Shown: one piece after another, positions 36,341-46,099 of the stretch
Layout of the letters: each line of letters begins with the position of its first letter
Position numbering within the stretch: the stretch's first letter is position 1
Position numbers and translations under genes: made by a program
Source of the DNA: a virus
Virus genome (UHGV): UHGV-0312576
Reading direction: 5' to 3' (one strand)
DNA: 64,000 bases
Notes under the pieces: model-generated
Seen by the model: only the letters and a program-made list of their open reading frames with translations
Databases searched by the model: none
Told to the model about the DNA's origin: nothing

Positions 36341-37750
36341 ATGGTAGAACCTATTAGGGAGCACACTTATTCACTTTCTGCGTATTTAGACGCTACCAAG
36401 GAGGAAGATATTCGGGAAGACCAGGATGTCCAACGGCTATCGGGACAGTGGGATACAAGTATGATTAATGAGTTGGTCTATACGGTTCTTACCAGGGACT
36501 ACATTCTTCCAATTATTATCGGAGAAGAGGATTTGGAAGGTGGGATGACTCAGTTATGGCTGGTAGATGGTGTACAGAGGACATCTAGTTTCATTTTATT
36601 CCGCTTTGGAAATCACAAAATCACCTCTTCAATATCGGAAGCTCACAAGACTGTAGACTATCAGGTAAGAGCTATAGATGAAGATGGGGAATTTATTAAG
36701 GATGAAGATGGGAATTTTGTATATGAAACTAGAACATGTAATTTAGTAGGAAAAACTTTTGATACACTTCCAAAGGAGCTTCAGAAGGAATTTGATAGAT
36801 TTCAGATAAAGACAGTCATTCATCAGCATTGCACAATGGAGAAGATATCAGAATTAGTGCGTCGCTATAATAACCATAAGGCAATGAATGCTGCGCAAAC
36901 AGCATTTACATATGTTGACAAATTTGCGAGACGGATTAGAAATATTACAGAGCATAAATTTTTTACAGAGTGTGATGGATTTTCTGAAAAGGAAAAGAGA
37001 AGTGGTGTATATGAACGTGTTGTATGCGAAACAACTATGACTATGTTTCATTTAGATGATTGGCAGAAGCAAAGTAAAAAGATGGGAATGTATTTAAATG
37101 AACATGCCACTGACAATGAGTTTGATATAGTGAATAGGACTTTGGATAAAGCATTTGATATGGGGCTTGCGTCATATGATCAGATTTTTACTGCAAAAGA
37201 TGCGTTTATCTGGTTTGCATTATTTCAAAAATTCAACAATATTGAACCTAGTAGCGATAAATTCACAACATTTCTCGATGCCTTCGTAAATGAGTTACAC
37301 AGTAAAGTAGTAGATGGTGTATCATTTGATGAAATTAATACCAACAGAGCCACTAAGGATAAGGCGGTAATCAAAAGAAAACTGGTATTACTTGAAAAGT
37401 TGATGAGGGATTTCTTACATATTGAAGAAGTAGCATCAGAACAGTTTATAGCTGAAAATGTTGGACTGAACATCGAATCAGTTAGAAATGATATGGACTT
37501 TTATAACCAGATGCTTGACGACCTGGAGGATAGAACAATTAAAGATGGCTCAAAACTTTTGAATCCGGATAACAGATTATCATTGCTGACGCTTGTGGCT
37601 TATACAATTGAAAATGATATTGATTTAGATGATTGGATGTTAGAGTATGCAAAGAATAATGATACATATTTTATGGATCAGAAAAAGAATTATTTACATA
37701 TGAGACAGGAACTGGAGAAGTTTCTAAATAAGAAGGTGGTAGCTGCATGA
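36341..37750 (+). CDS. DUF262 (ParB-like, DGxQR) domain protein, 469 aa
   Basis: N-terminal 'QDVQRL...WLVDGVQRTSS' matches DUF262. The long C-terminus has no HNH/DUF1524 motif. Confidence 0.55.
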   Translation: MVEPIREHTYSLSAYLDATKEEDIREDQDVQRLSGQWDTSMINELVYTVLTRDYILPIIIGEEDLEGGMTQLWLVDGVQRTSSFILFRFGNHKITSSISEAHKTVDYQVRAIDEDGEFIKDEDGNFVYETRTCNLVGKTFDTLPKELQKEFDRFQIKTVIHQHCTMEKISELVRRYNNHKAMNAAQTAFTYVDKFARRIRNITEHKFFTECDGFSEKEKRSGVYERVVCETTMTMFHLDDWQKQSKKMGMYLNEHATDNEFDIVNRTLDKAFDMGLASYDQIFTAKDAFIWFALFQKFNNIEPSSDKFTTFLDAFVNELHSKVVDGVSFDEINTNRATKDKAVIKRKLVLLEKLMRDFLHIEEVASEQFIAENVGLNIESVRNDMDFYNQMLDDLEDRTIKDGSKLLNPDNRLSLLTLVAYTIENDIDLDDWMLEYAKNNDTYFMDQKKNYLHMRQELEKFLNKKVVAA

Positions 37751-37905
37751 TTCATGATGATATTCGCTGCGAATGGTGTCGCAGTGGCTACTGTGAATGT
37801 TATGGTGATGCTGAAGAACAGGAACAGAGGGAGACAAATTGGCCGTGCATTGGCACAGAAGATGAGATGATTGCATGTGGACAGTTAGAACAGGAGGCAT
37901 TGTAA
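37747..37905 (+). CDS. small Cys-rich protein (52 aa)
   Basis: ATGA overlap with the upstream stop. 'CEWCRSGYCECYG'. Confidence 0.4.
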   Translation: MIHDDIRCEWCRSGYCECYGDAEEQEQRETNWPCIGTEDEMIACGQLEQEAL

Positions 37906-38111
37906 TGAAATTGTATATGGCAGTAACACCAGATAGATATGAGTTGCCTTTGGCTCCTCCTGATACCGCTAAAAATTTGGCTGAACTATTTGGTACTACT
38001 CCTAATAACATATGGGCACAGGTCAGCCATCAAAAATCAAGAGGAGAACGTAAAAGAGTTAATTATCACAATGATATTGGTGTACGATTTGTTTTGGTTG
38101 GAAATATTTGA
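37906..38111 (+). CDS. hypothetical protein (68 aa)
   Basis: CAGGAGG RBS at the internal Met of ORF-track entry 37875-38111. Confidence 0.4.
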
Positions 38112-38182
38112 TTAGAATGGGCAATGTGGTAATAAAACAAATCTCCCCTTAAGGCTGAAATACCTAAAGGGGAAAAAATTAG

Positions 38183-38527
38183 TTATGATGGGCGATACGG
38201 AAATCCATTCGCTGAATATGGTGTACCCTGCCAAGTAAATGCGATATTTGGTTGCCAAGCAGGAGGAACAGCAGCGAGAGCTGCGGTAACAGCTGCATTA
38301 CCAGCAGTCTCATAAAAATTTTTCTTCTCATCACTATCTCCATCGGAATAATTTGTATCATGATGAGGACTAGGATATAAGGGATATTCATACGATGCTA
38401 CAATCGGACTGCCGGCTGGTGGGGTGATATAAAATCCACGATTTCCGGGGCCATGATGTTTTTTACCTCCACCATACTGTATTTCTTTTACTGAGTAACC
38501 TGCCGTAGTAGTTGTTATAATTGGCAT
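38183..38527 (-). CDS. Pro/Tyr-rich hypothetical protein (114 aa) on the opposite strand (moron-like)
   Basis: ORF track. AGGAGG RBS on the minus strand. Confidence 0.5.
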   Translation of the reverse strand: MPIITTTTAGYSVKEIQYGGGKKHHGPGNRGFYITPPAGSPIVASYEYPLYPSPHHDTNYSDGDSDEKKNFYETAGNAAVTAALAAVPPAWQPNIAFTWQGTPYSANGFPYRPS

Positions 38528-38653
38528 ATAATAACCTCCTTTTTATTTGATAGACAAATTATAACACCTTAAAATAGCAAGATACACAAACTGTCATATA
38601 TAGCATCAATAATGGCATGGATGGTTAAACAACTAGCAATCAAGGAGAATAAG

Positions 38654-38782
38654 ATGGCGAAAGTAAAGATCAATATAGAGCAAGGTATAATCTATGAGTG
38701 CCCGGCCTGTGGGAATAATGTTGAACTTGGACAGTATTATTGCCAGGACTGCGGTGAGCCGCTGGAGTGGGTGGAAGAGTAA
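38654..38782 (+). CDS. mini zinc-ribbon protein (42 aa)
   Basis: AAGGAGAA RBS. 'CPACG...CQDCG'. Confidence 0.4.
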   Translation: MAKVKINIEQGIIYECPACGNNVELGQYYCQDCGEPLEWVEE

Positions 38783-38827
38783 CTAATAACTGAACTTTAG
38801 TATAATTCAAAAATGGAGGCACTGCAT

Positions 38828-38968
38828 ATGGAAGAGTTAGAAAAAGCACTGGAGGGTATCGACTTAACTGAAGAGGAAAGACAGTTAATTGAATGGATAT
38901 CAGGATGGGATCACTCTACTGTAACGCGATTTATTAAAATTATTAGAAAGTGTCGAAATCAGAAATGA
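38828..38968 (+). CDS. small hypothetical protein (46 aa)
   Basis: GGAGGC RBS. Confidence 0.35.
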   Translation: MEELEKALEGIDLTEEERQLIEWISGWDHSTVTRFIKIIRKCRNQK

Positions 38969-39060
38969 TGAAACAGAAATGGCCTGGTCGTATGGACCGG
39001 TGCCAGAAGAGTGATTGTAAAAAGTGTCATTGCTATTATTAAAACTTTGGAGGATAAAAA

Positions 39061-39240
39061 ATGAAGTGTAATTATTGCAAAGTCGAGATGAGGCGCGCAG
39101 CATATACTGACAACACTATTTATTCCACATCAGAAATCTATGATGTTTCCGAAGGAACTGATGTTGGAAAACGAAGATATGTAGGGAAAATATATTATTG
39201 TCCCCATTGCGGCAACCTACAAGTGAATCTGTTAGATTAG
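39061..39240 (+). CDS. zinc-ribbon protein (59 aa)
   Basis: GGAGGA RBS. 'CNYCK...CPHCG'. Confidence 0.45.
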   Translation: MKCNYCKVEMRRAAYTDNTIYSTSEIYDVSEGTDVGKRRYVGKIYYCPHCGNLQVNLLD

Positions 39241-39255
39241 GATTTGGAGGAATAC

Positions 39256-39438
39256 ATGAAAGCGAAAGAATTGGCAGAAAAGTTGTTGGAGAATCCAGAA
39301 TTTGAGGTTAAGGCAATCCATTTATATCCGAGCATAGGTTGGGGATTGACCATGGAAAAATATAGTGTTAATGGTCTTGCTGACGTAGGATACAGTGATG
39401 GTGTGGCTGTTTTGGATTTAGAACGAGAAGAAGATTAG
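39256..39438 (+). CDS. hypothetical protein (60 aa)
   Basis: GGAGGAA RBS. Confidence 0.4.
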   Translation: MKAKELAEKLLENPEFEVKAIHLYPSIGWGLTMEKYSVNGLADVGYSDGVAVLDLEREED

Positions 39439-39464
39439 TAGCATTTAGGAAGGAGGAGACTAAA

Positions 39465-39593
39465 ATGTTTATAGTAACTACAGAGATGGGAACAAGAGAC
39501 GAGTGCTCAACAATTAACGAAGCCATAGAGGAAGCAAAAAGAATAGAGGCTAGTATACTACATCCGATAGCTTTTATTCATGAAGAAAATTAA
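39465..39593 (+). CDS. small hypothetical protein (42 aa)
   Basis: AGGAGGAG RBS. Confidence 0.35.
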   Translation: MFIVTTEMGTRDECSTINEAIEEAKRIEASILHPIAFIHEEN

Positions 39594-39620
39594 GGTTTTA
39601 AGAAAAAAAGAGGTGAAGAT

Positions 39621-39797
39621 ATGCCAGACAATACACAGAGGATTGATGATTGTGAGTGCATCTATTGCCATCACGTTTTTGATGGTAAGCAGGCTTGCAA
39701 CTCAAATATGGACGCTGGTGTCGTGGAGTGTCCAAAGTGTGGCAGGGAAATGGGCGTGAGTTTATCTATTGAGTATTTGTGTTATTCAGTAGATTAG
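39621..39797 (+). CDS. zinc-finger protein (58 aa)
   Basis: GAGGTGAAG RBS. 'CECIYCHH...CPKCG'. Confidence 0.4.
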   Translation: MPDNTQRIDDCECIYCHHVFDGKQACNSNMDAGVVECPKCGREMGVSLSIEYLCYSVD

Positions 39798-39823
39798 GAT
39801 ATTCCGTAGAAAGCAGGTGAATT

Positions 39824-40150
39824 ATGTACGGAAATGAAGGCGAAAAATGGGTAATGATAACCGAGTTATCTATAAATGGATTAATGATTAATGAGGTCGG
39901 TACAGAATTTGAGATTGCCCCATATTACTCTGTACCACATGGGTATACATCCATCAAGTATGAGGGCATACTGCTTTTCATCCCAGATGATATATTTAAC
40001 GAGCATTTTGTAAAGCTGGAGAAATATAAACAATATTATCAACTGGGAGATGTTATTAAAATTAATGACAATGGAAATCTGAGTGAGTATATTATCGAGG
40101 ATATAACCGGTGATGGGCATTATGTGACGTTACATCTTGAACATAATTAA
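39824..40150 (+). CDS. hypothetical protein (108 aa)
   Basis: ORF track. Confidence 0.45.
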   Translation: MYGNEGEKWVMITELSINGLMINEVGTEFEIAPYYSVPHGYTSIKYEGILLFIPDDIFNEHFVKLEKYKQYYQLGDVIKINDNGNLSEYIIEDITGDGHYVTLHLEHN

Positions 40151-40250
40151 AACTTGCTAATAAATGTCAAGCAATTTTTGAAAAAAATTGGATCGTAAAA
40201 AAGGGTAACTTTAATAAACACCACAGTAGGTGATAAAAAAGAAGTGTAGG

Positions 40251-41444
40251 TTATTTATAAAGCTCCATCACTCTTGCATAGTAAATTCTCAAAAACTTAT
40301 TAACACCAGCCATTTTGGCTACAGTCTTGTGCTTACCTTCAGATTCTTTCTTGATGATGAACTGGTAAACAGGGTCATTCTCGGGCTTATGTACCTTGAG
40401 TGAGTGCATGACCTCATAGCAGGCTTTACGCAAGTAGGCTGAGCCACGTTTTGATATATGCCGATTGGTCCCTTCGAATTGCCCAGACTGATAAGGAGGT
40501 GCATCATTACCGGCGTAAGCATTAAGTGCTTTAGCACTGGTAAACCTCCGTACATCTCCAATCTCGGCAATCAGGATAGGGGCCAGGCGGTCTCCAACGC
40601 CATACATGGAACGGACAATGGAATACTCTGGCATTGTATAAGCGATAGACTGCATTTGTCGCAGTATCAAATCGGCTGAGGAGCTGGCTTGCTTTAACAT
40701 TAACAGGCACTGAGATAACGCAAGAGAAGTGGTAACATCGGGGCTGCGGGTGATAATGCCATCAGAGGCGGCTTGATAAATCGCAAGAGCTTTCTTTTGA
40801 GAACCCCTACATCGGTGTTTTTGGGCAAAAGCGATGTAACTATTTACAAACCGTTTTTCACCCATCTGAGAGATTTTTTCATAGCTCTGGTATTTTTCTA
40901 CGAAGTCGAAGAAAAGCGTGTTTTCCAGGTATCTGGATGAGATAGGAATGATATTTTGAATACCAGGCATGATATCATCTAACAGATTGGAGAGTTGGAC
41001 TCTGGCTTTGACTTTCATAGAAACGCTTTGACTGTATTGTCTGGACAGAAATTTTAGGTCCTCATACTTTTGGTCGGTAGGGCTGTAAGGCCTTAACTGA
41101 TATGACTTTTCTAACACAAAATGTGCAATGCGGACAGCATCCTTTTTATCAGTCTTTCCTTTTCTGATACTGTTGTCCATAAACTTTTTAACCAGGAATG
41201 GATTAATCACGAATACGGTGAATCCTGCTTCAAGCAGAGCTTTAAGAATGGGATAGTGGTAATGTCCAGTTGATTCCAAAGCGACTTTAGTCTCTTCTTG
41301 GTATGAATGAATTAAGGCTGTGAGTTGAGTAATATCGCTGATAGTATGTGAAAAGTCATGTGGCTTTGACAGAACAGTCCCATCAGAGCGAATAATTGCG
41401 ACAGTGCTTTTGGATTTAGATACATCAATACCTACAGCTAACAT
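40251..41444 (-). CDS. IS110-family transposase (distinct from IS #1)
   Basis: 'MLAVGIDVSKSKS...ALESTGHYHYPI' DEDD N-terminus. 397 aa. Confidence 0.85.
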   Translation of the reverse strand: MLAVGIDVSKSKSTVAIIRSDGTVLSKPHDFSHTISDITQLTALIHSYQEETKVALESTGHYHYPILKALLEAGFTVFVINPFLVKKFMDNSIRKGKTDKKDAVRIAHFVLEKSYQLRPYSPTDQKYEDLKFLSRQYSQSVSMKVKARVQLSNLLDDIMPGIQNIIPISSRYLENTLFFDFVEKYQSYEKISQMGEKRFVNSYIAFAQKHRCRGSQKKALAIYQAASDGIITRSPDVTTSLALSQCLLMLKQASSSADLILRQMQSIAYTMPEYSIVRSMYGVGDRLAPILIAEIGDVRRFTSAKALNAYAGNDAPPYQSGQFEGTNRHISKRGSAYLRKACYEVMHSLKVHKPENDPVYQFIIKKESEGKHKTVAKMAGVNKFLRIYYARVMELYK

Positions 41445-41632
41445 ACGGGGTTCCTCCTTTGTGAATTAGTATGATTGGGTCCAGCACTCAGTTATCAATT
41501 CATTTTCGTTAGTTACCCGGAAGCGAATCCCAACTTGCTTAATCGAATTAGTGATAATGAGTGATGGTTAACACTTTTAATTTCGGGAGCTATGTCCCAC
41601 ATTTAGGCCGTTAACCAATCAGACTCATCATA
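41445..41632 (-). ncRNA. candidate 5'-UTR / bridge-RNA-like region of IS #2
   Basis: About 190 nt non-coding stretch upstream of the transposase, in the position where IS110-subgroup elements encode their ncRNA. No ORF. Confidence 0.25.
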
Positions 41633-41670
41633 ACAAAAAAAATAAGAATAGGGGTTCTTTCCCTACTCTT
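41633..41670 (-). terminator. minus-strand terminator (AGAATAGGG/CCCTACTCT) with a U-run
   Basis: The hairpin has 8 of 9 pairs. A9 on the + strand gives a U-run for leftward transcription. It would insulate the IS from read-through. Confidence 0.45.
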
Positions 41671-41700
41671 ATATAGTACGACAATTTAGGAGGTGTATGT

Positions 41701-42030
41701 ATGAATAATAGATATTTATACAAGGCAAAGAAGATATATAAAGAGGAGTGGGTTGAAGGGTTTTATGTATTATGCAGAGGGCATCATTACATTCTTCCAG
41801 TATATGATCTTGATCACGGATTCGATGAGCGATATTCAGAATGGTTTGAGATAGAGCCATCTACTCTATGCCAGTGTACCGGAATGTGCGGTGATAAAAG
41901 CAGTGCATATATTCTCGATGGCAAGGAACTTAATGCAGACGAACTTATTATGGAATTAGCGGAGCGTGGAAAAATATTCTTAAATTTTGATAGGGATATA
42001 TCAAAATTTGGTGTAGAGGTAACTCTTTAA
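41701..42030 (+). CDS. hypothetical protein (109 aa)
   Basis: ORF track. RBS AGGAGG. Confidence 0.5.
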   Translation: MNNRYLYKAKKIYKEEWVEGFYVLCRGHHYILPVYDLDHGFDERYSEWFEIEPSTLCQCTGMCGDKSSAYILDGKELNADELIMELAERGKIFLNFDRDISKFGVEVTL

Positions 42031-42333
42031 AATTACGAGATTTCCGGGAGAACCGGAGGAAGGAAAAGCGTATGGGAATTGATTTGAGTAGATTTAAGGT
42101 AATCCACGGAGACAAGGTATTAAATGCAGTGGCGCTTATGGAGATAAGGATGCCAGAAGGAACGTGGGAAGATAGAGAGACTATTATTACCTAAAACACT
42201 TGAAATTTTGGCTATTAATGAGGATGGGAACATTGTATCTATCATGGATGAGGCGTGGATGTTTCAGTTTCTTCCCATAGTCTCGAATTAGCATTTGGCT
42301 GCCGACTGCCAAGTGTCGGAGAAAGCAGGAAAT

Positions 42334-42609
42334 ATGATTATAACAGGAATGAAACATTTTGAAAGTGTATGCAAAAGAAAACTTGTAGATTGGTATAACT
42401 GTGATGTGGAGACAAAAGGCACACGCATTGATTTGGATGATGTTTATATTGTATGGGCTTGCAAGACTTTACAGAACTACAAGTGTTTAGCTTCAACTTC
42501 GGTTAGTGGAGACGGTATTTATGCTGAGTATACGTATAATGGGGACAAACAGGAATTATACGAAGATGTATACAAAAAATTGACGAATACTTGCCATAGA
42601 GAAGAATAG
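42334..42609 (+). CDS. hypothetical protein (91 aa)
   Basis: GAGAAAGCAGG RBS at the internal Met. Confidence 0.4.
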   Translation: MIITGMKHFESVCKRKLVDWYNCDVETKGTRIDLDDVYIVWACKTLQNYKCLASTSVSGDGIYAEYTYNGDKQELYEDVYKKLTNTCHREE

Positions 42610-42670
42610 TTAAACTGAAATTTCGGAAACGAATCAACCCGTGATTTCAAGGGAGATTGGAGTTTGAAAT

Positions 42671-42892
42671 ATGTTTAAAGTTATTTATAAAAAAAGTAAA
42701 GAGCATTATCGAAGTCTATTAATAAAGGCATCCGAGATGGGAATACCTGAGGATTATATAAGACATGCTTTAGAAATAGAAATATACGGAGTAAAAGATG
42801 ATAAACATGGATATCCTACATTTTTGATTAGAAGTGATAATCGGTGGATTTGGAAAAGTGCAAAACATTTTATTCCAGTAGAAGAGATATAG
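42671..42892 (+). CDS. hypothetical protein (73 aa)
   Basis: ORF track. RBS GGGAGA. Confidence 0.45.
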   Translation: MFKVIYKKSKEHYRSLLIKASEMGIPEDYIRHALEIEIYGVKDDKHGYPTFLIRSDNRWIWKSAKHFIPVEEI

Positions 42893-42940
42893 ACGGATGA
42901 AACTCACATTTAGTCTGGTACTCTGTGAAGGGAGAAAAGA

Positions 42941-43141
42941 ATGTTAGAGAAATTAATTGAATTATTGGGTGAAGACAATGTAAAGAAAATAGAGGATGGT
43001 ATCACTGAGATTATCTTAGATCGAATTAGGGCAGATGAAGTATCCAATTAAAGAGCGTGTGGCACGTATCGGAAATAGTGTAGTGCCGGTTATGGCTCAG
43101 GCATTAATCGAAGCTAATTGCCAAGAACTAATAGATGCATA
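42941..43141 (+). pseudogene. remnant of a C5-cytosine DNA methyltransferase C-terminus, split across two frames
   Basis: The +1 frame from 43050 reads 'KERVARIGNSVVPVMAQALIEA', which resembles motif X of C5-MTases. There is no upstream catalytic portion. The preceding 36-codon ORF (42941-43051) is in another frame. Confidence 0.3.
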
Positions 43142-43192
43142 ATTCAATCAAAAGAGATTGAAATACAATTTTTATCCGTTAACACGGAGAAT

Positions 43193-43762
43193 ATGTTATT
43201 GGAGGTGATAATCATAGGACTAAATATAGGTTATTTAACATCAGACACAGAAGATAATGAGCTTTATACACCAGCATTCGCTGTAGATCCGATTATAAAA
43301 TATCTTCCAAAAGATAAAATAATGTGGCTACCATTTGATGATGAGTGGTCGATGTTTTACCAGAGATTGACTGAGGAGGGTTTTAAAGTAATTAGAAGTT
43401 CATTATCTGAAGGAAAGGACTTTTTTGAATATGAGCCGGATACCTGGGACTTCATTGTAAGTAATCCACCGTTCAGCATCAAAGATAAAGTGTTAGAACG
43501 TCTATATTCATTCAACAAACCTTTTGCGGTACTTCTTCCGCTAAACTCCCTTCAAGGTAAAACAAGATACAAATATTTTAGCCAGGGCATTCAGCTCCTC
43601 AGTTTTGATGCAAGAGTTTCTTATCATGACAGAGAACATATGGATAAGCCGGTTAAGGGGAGTCCATTCGCAACGGCATACTTTTGTAGAGATGTACTAC
43701 CAAGGGATTTGATTGTGGAGAAGTTGATTACGTATGATAGACCTTTGATAGAGAATAATTAA
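43193..43762 (+). CDS. small N6-adenine DNA methyltransferase (phage Dam-like)
   Basis: 'DFIVSNPPFS' is an NPPF catalytic motif. 189 aa from the ATG at 43193. Confidence 0.55.
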   Translation: MLLEVIIIGLNIGYLTSDTEDNELYTPAFAVDPIIKYLPKDKIMWLPFDDEWSMFYQRLTEEGFKVIRSSLSEGKDFFEYEPDTWDFIVSNPPFSIKDKVLERLYSFNKPFAVLLPLNSLQGKTRYKYFSQGIQLLSFDARVSYHDREHMDKPVKGSPFATAYFCRDVLPRDLIVEKLITYDRPLIENN

Positions 43763-43859
43763 CTGGACAGGAAATTTTCATTTCATGCCTTTTCAACACG
43801 AGATATAGATGAAAATAGAGGAAATTAACAAGATATAGTATAAAAAAACAGGAGGTAAT

Positions 43860-45029
43860 ATGGCAGAAAGAGCATTAGCACATATTGAAAAGGTGGAATG
43901 GGTAAATCCAATCGAAGGAGCTGATAATATCGAACTTATTGGTATATTAGGTTGGGTTTGTGTTGCAAAAAAGGAGGAGTTTAGGCCGGGAGATATTGCT
44001 GTTTACATTGAGATTGATAGTAAATGTCCGGAAAATGATGAGCGATTTGCTTTTTTGGCAGCTAAACACTATAAAGTGAAAACTATGAAGTTAGGAAAAT
44101 TCAAAGTAATCAGTCAGGGGCTTGCATTACCAATTACTTTATTCCCGGAGTTTGCTGGTAAGAAAATTGGCGATGATGTAACCAATGAACTGAAAATTAC
44201 ATACTCTTCTCAGGAAGATATTAAGAGAAAATCAAATGGAGTTGATCCGGAAGCCAAGTATAAAGCAATGGCTAACAGGAAGCCTAATTTGTTTAAGAAG
44301 CCATTAGTACGGAAGATAATGAGGTACAAATTTGGACGTAAGTTAATGTTTTTGCTTTTTGGCAGAAAGAAAGATAATCCGAAGAAATTTCCTGATTGGA
44401 TTGTGAAGACTGATGAAACAAGAATTGAGAATGCTCCGTTTTATTTAAATAGTACAGATAAATGGGTTAAAACAGAGAAGTGTGATGGGACTAGCTGTAC
44501 GTATGCTGTTGACAGATTAAAAAAAGGGAAAAATAAATTTGATTTTATTGTGTGTAGTAGAAATGTACGGCAAGCAGATAGAAACCAAGAAACTTATCAC
44601 GACTCAAATATTTATTGGGAACTGGCAGATAAATATGGGATTGAAAAGATTCTTACTGATTTTGCAACAGAGAATAATTATAGCAGAGTGGTATTACAGG
44701 GAGAGGGAGTTGGTTCTGTTCAAGGAAATCCATATAAATTGAAGGAGAATGTACTATATGTATTTAATCTCATTATTGATGGAGTGAGGGCTGGAACTGT
44801 GGAAATGTCTAACTTTTGCAAGGCACATAATTTAACAAGTGTTCCAATTATTGATACTGAATGTGTATTGCCGAAGACTATGGAAGAAATGAAGCTTGAG
44901 GCTGATGGATATAGTGAGTTAAATCCAAAGGTAAAGAGAGAAGGATTTGTATATAGGAGTGTTGATGGACAACAGAGTTTTAAAAATGTTTCAAGAGAGT
45001 ATTTGTTAAAACATAATGGTAAGGAGTAA
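43860..45029 (+). CDS. ATP-dependent polynucleotide (RNA) ligase, nucleotidyltransferase superfamily
   Basis: Motif I 'TEKCDGTS' (KxDG). Motif IV-like 'VVLQGEGVG'. 389 aa. Immediately followed by a kinase-phosphatase gene. Confidence 0.55.
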   Translation: MAERALAHIEKVEWVNPIEGADNIELIGILGWVCVAKKEEFRPGDIAVYIEIDSKCPENDERFAFLAAKHYKVKTMKLGKFKVISQGLALPITLFPEFAGKKIGDDVTNELKITYSSQEDIKRKSNGVDPEAKYKAMANRKPNLFKKPLVRKIMRYKFGRKLMFLLFGRKKDNPKKFPDWIVKTDETRIENAPFYLNSTDKWVKTEKCDGTSCTYAVDRLKKGKNKFDFIVCSRNVRQADRNQETYHDSNIYWELADKYGIEKILTDFATENNYSRVVLQGEGVGSVQGNPYKLKENVLYVFNLIIDGVRAGTVEMSNFCKAHNLTSVPIIDTECVLPKTMEEMKLEADGYSELNPKVKREGFVYRSVDGQQSFKNVSREYLLKHNGKE

Positions 45030-45034
45030 ACGAG

Positions 45035-46099
45035 ATGTCAATACCAATTTTTACAATGATGGTAGGTTTACCTGGTAGTGGTAAATCTACCTACGCAGAA
45101 AAACTATCAAAAGAACGCAGCGCAATAATTTGTAGTTCTGATAAAGTTAGAGAAGATTTGTATGGAGACGAAAACTCGCAAAGCAACAATGATGAGGTTT
45201 TTAAATTATTACATAAAAGAATTAAAGAACTTCTTAAAGCAGGCGAAAGTGTTATTTATGATGCGACGAATATCAATTCCAAAAGACGTAGAGCATTTTT
45301 ATCTGAATTGAGAAGTATTCCATGTAAAAAGATTTGCGTGATAATGGCAACTTCATTGAAGAAGTGTTGTAGACAGAATAATTCTAGGAGCAGGACAGTT
45401 CCATATGAAGTTATTGAGAGAATGTATAAGAACTGGAATACCCCGTATTGGTTTGAAGGATGGGATGAGATTAAAGTTGCTTCGGAATATAAATTACCAA
45501 ACCTAATTTTTTGTTGGTTGACGGATTATATGGATTTTAATCAACAAAATCCAAATCATACTTTAACACTTGGGAAACACTCTATTGAAGTAGGGGATTA
45601 CTTTCCAGAAAATAGTTTATTGCGAGATGCTGGATACCTTCATGACTGTGGAAAGCCGTTTACAAAATCTTTTAATAACTCAAAGGGAGAAGAAACAAAT
45701 GTGGCGCATTATTATCAACATCATTGTGTAGGAGCTTATGATAGTTTGTTTTATGACTATTCAGAAGGCGTTGATAGATTAGACGGCTCTATTCTAATTA
45801 ATTTGCACATGATGCCTTATTTTTGGGAGAAAGACAAAGAGTACGGGGAGAAGACAAGGTTGAAATATAAGAAGCTATGGGGTGAGGAACTATATAACAA
45901 TGTGATGAAACTGCATGAGGCTGTGGAGTGGTGCCAACAGCATGGTTTGGAATTTGATGCTATTAACGAGAATCTACCGGAGACACTAGAGTGGCTTGGC
46001 GGAACTGAAAGTAGGAAAATTCACGCAGATGTCTTTATTGATGACAAGGCTGTTAATAAGCCAAAATATTGTGTGCCATATAAGGAGTGTACCATGTAA
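45035..46099 (+). CDS. polynucleotide kinase-phosphatase (P-loop kinase + HD phosphohydrolase)
   Basis: N-terminal Walker A 'GLPGSGKST'. C-terminal HD motif 'H...YLHDCGK'. Confidence 0.65.
   Translation: MSIPIFTMMVGLPGSGKSTYAEKLSKERSAIICSSDKVREDLYGDENSQSNNDEVFKLLHKRIKELLKAGESVIYDATNINSKRRRAFLSELRSIPCKKICVIMATSLKKCCRQNNSRSRTVPYEVIERMYKNWNTPYWFEGWDEIKVASEYKLPNLIFCWLTDYMDFNQQNPNHTLTLGKHSIEVGDYFPENSLLRDAGYLHDCGKPFTKSFNNSKGEETNVAHYYQHHCVGAYDSLFYDYSEGVDRLDGSILINLHMMPYFWEKDKEYGEKTRLKYKKLWGEELYNNVMKLHEAVEWCQQHGLEFDAINENLPETLEWLGGTESRKIHADVFIDDKAVNKPKYCVPYKECTM

Larger units (their letters stand above)
40151..41632 (-). mobile_element. IS110-family insertion sequence #2 (approximate boundaries)
   Basis: Transposase at 40251-41444 with a 190-240 bp upstream non-coding left end and a short right end. 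It sits between two + strand phage genes. Confidence 0.45.

Noticed and set aside
36034-37473. minus-strand ORFs inside the sigma-factor and DUF262 genes
   Set aside because: Antisense to genes with clear domain signatures.
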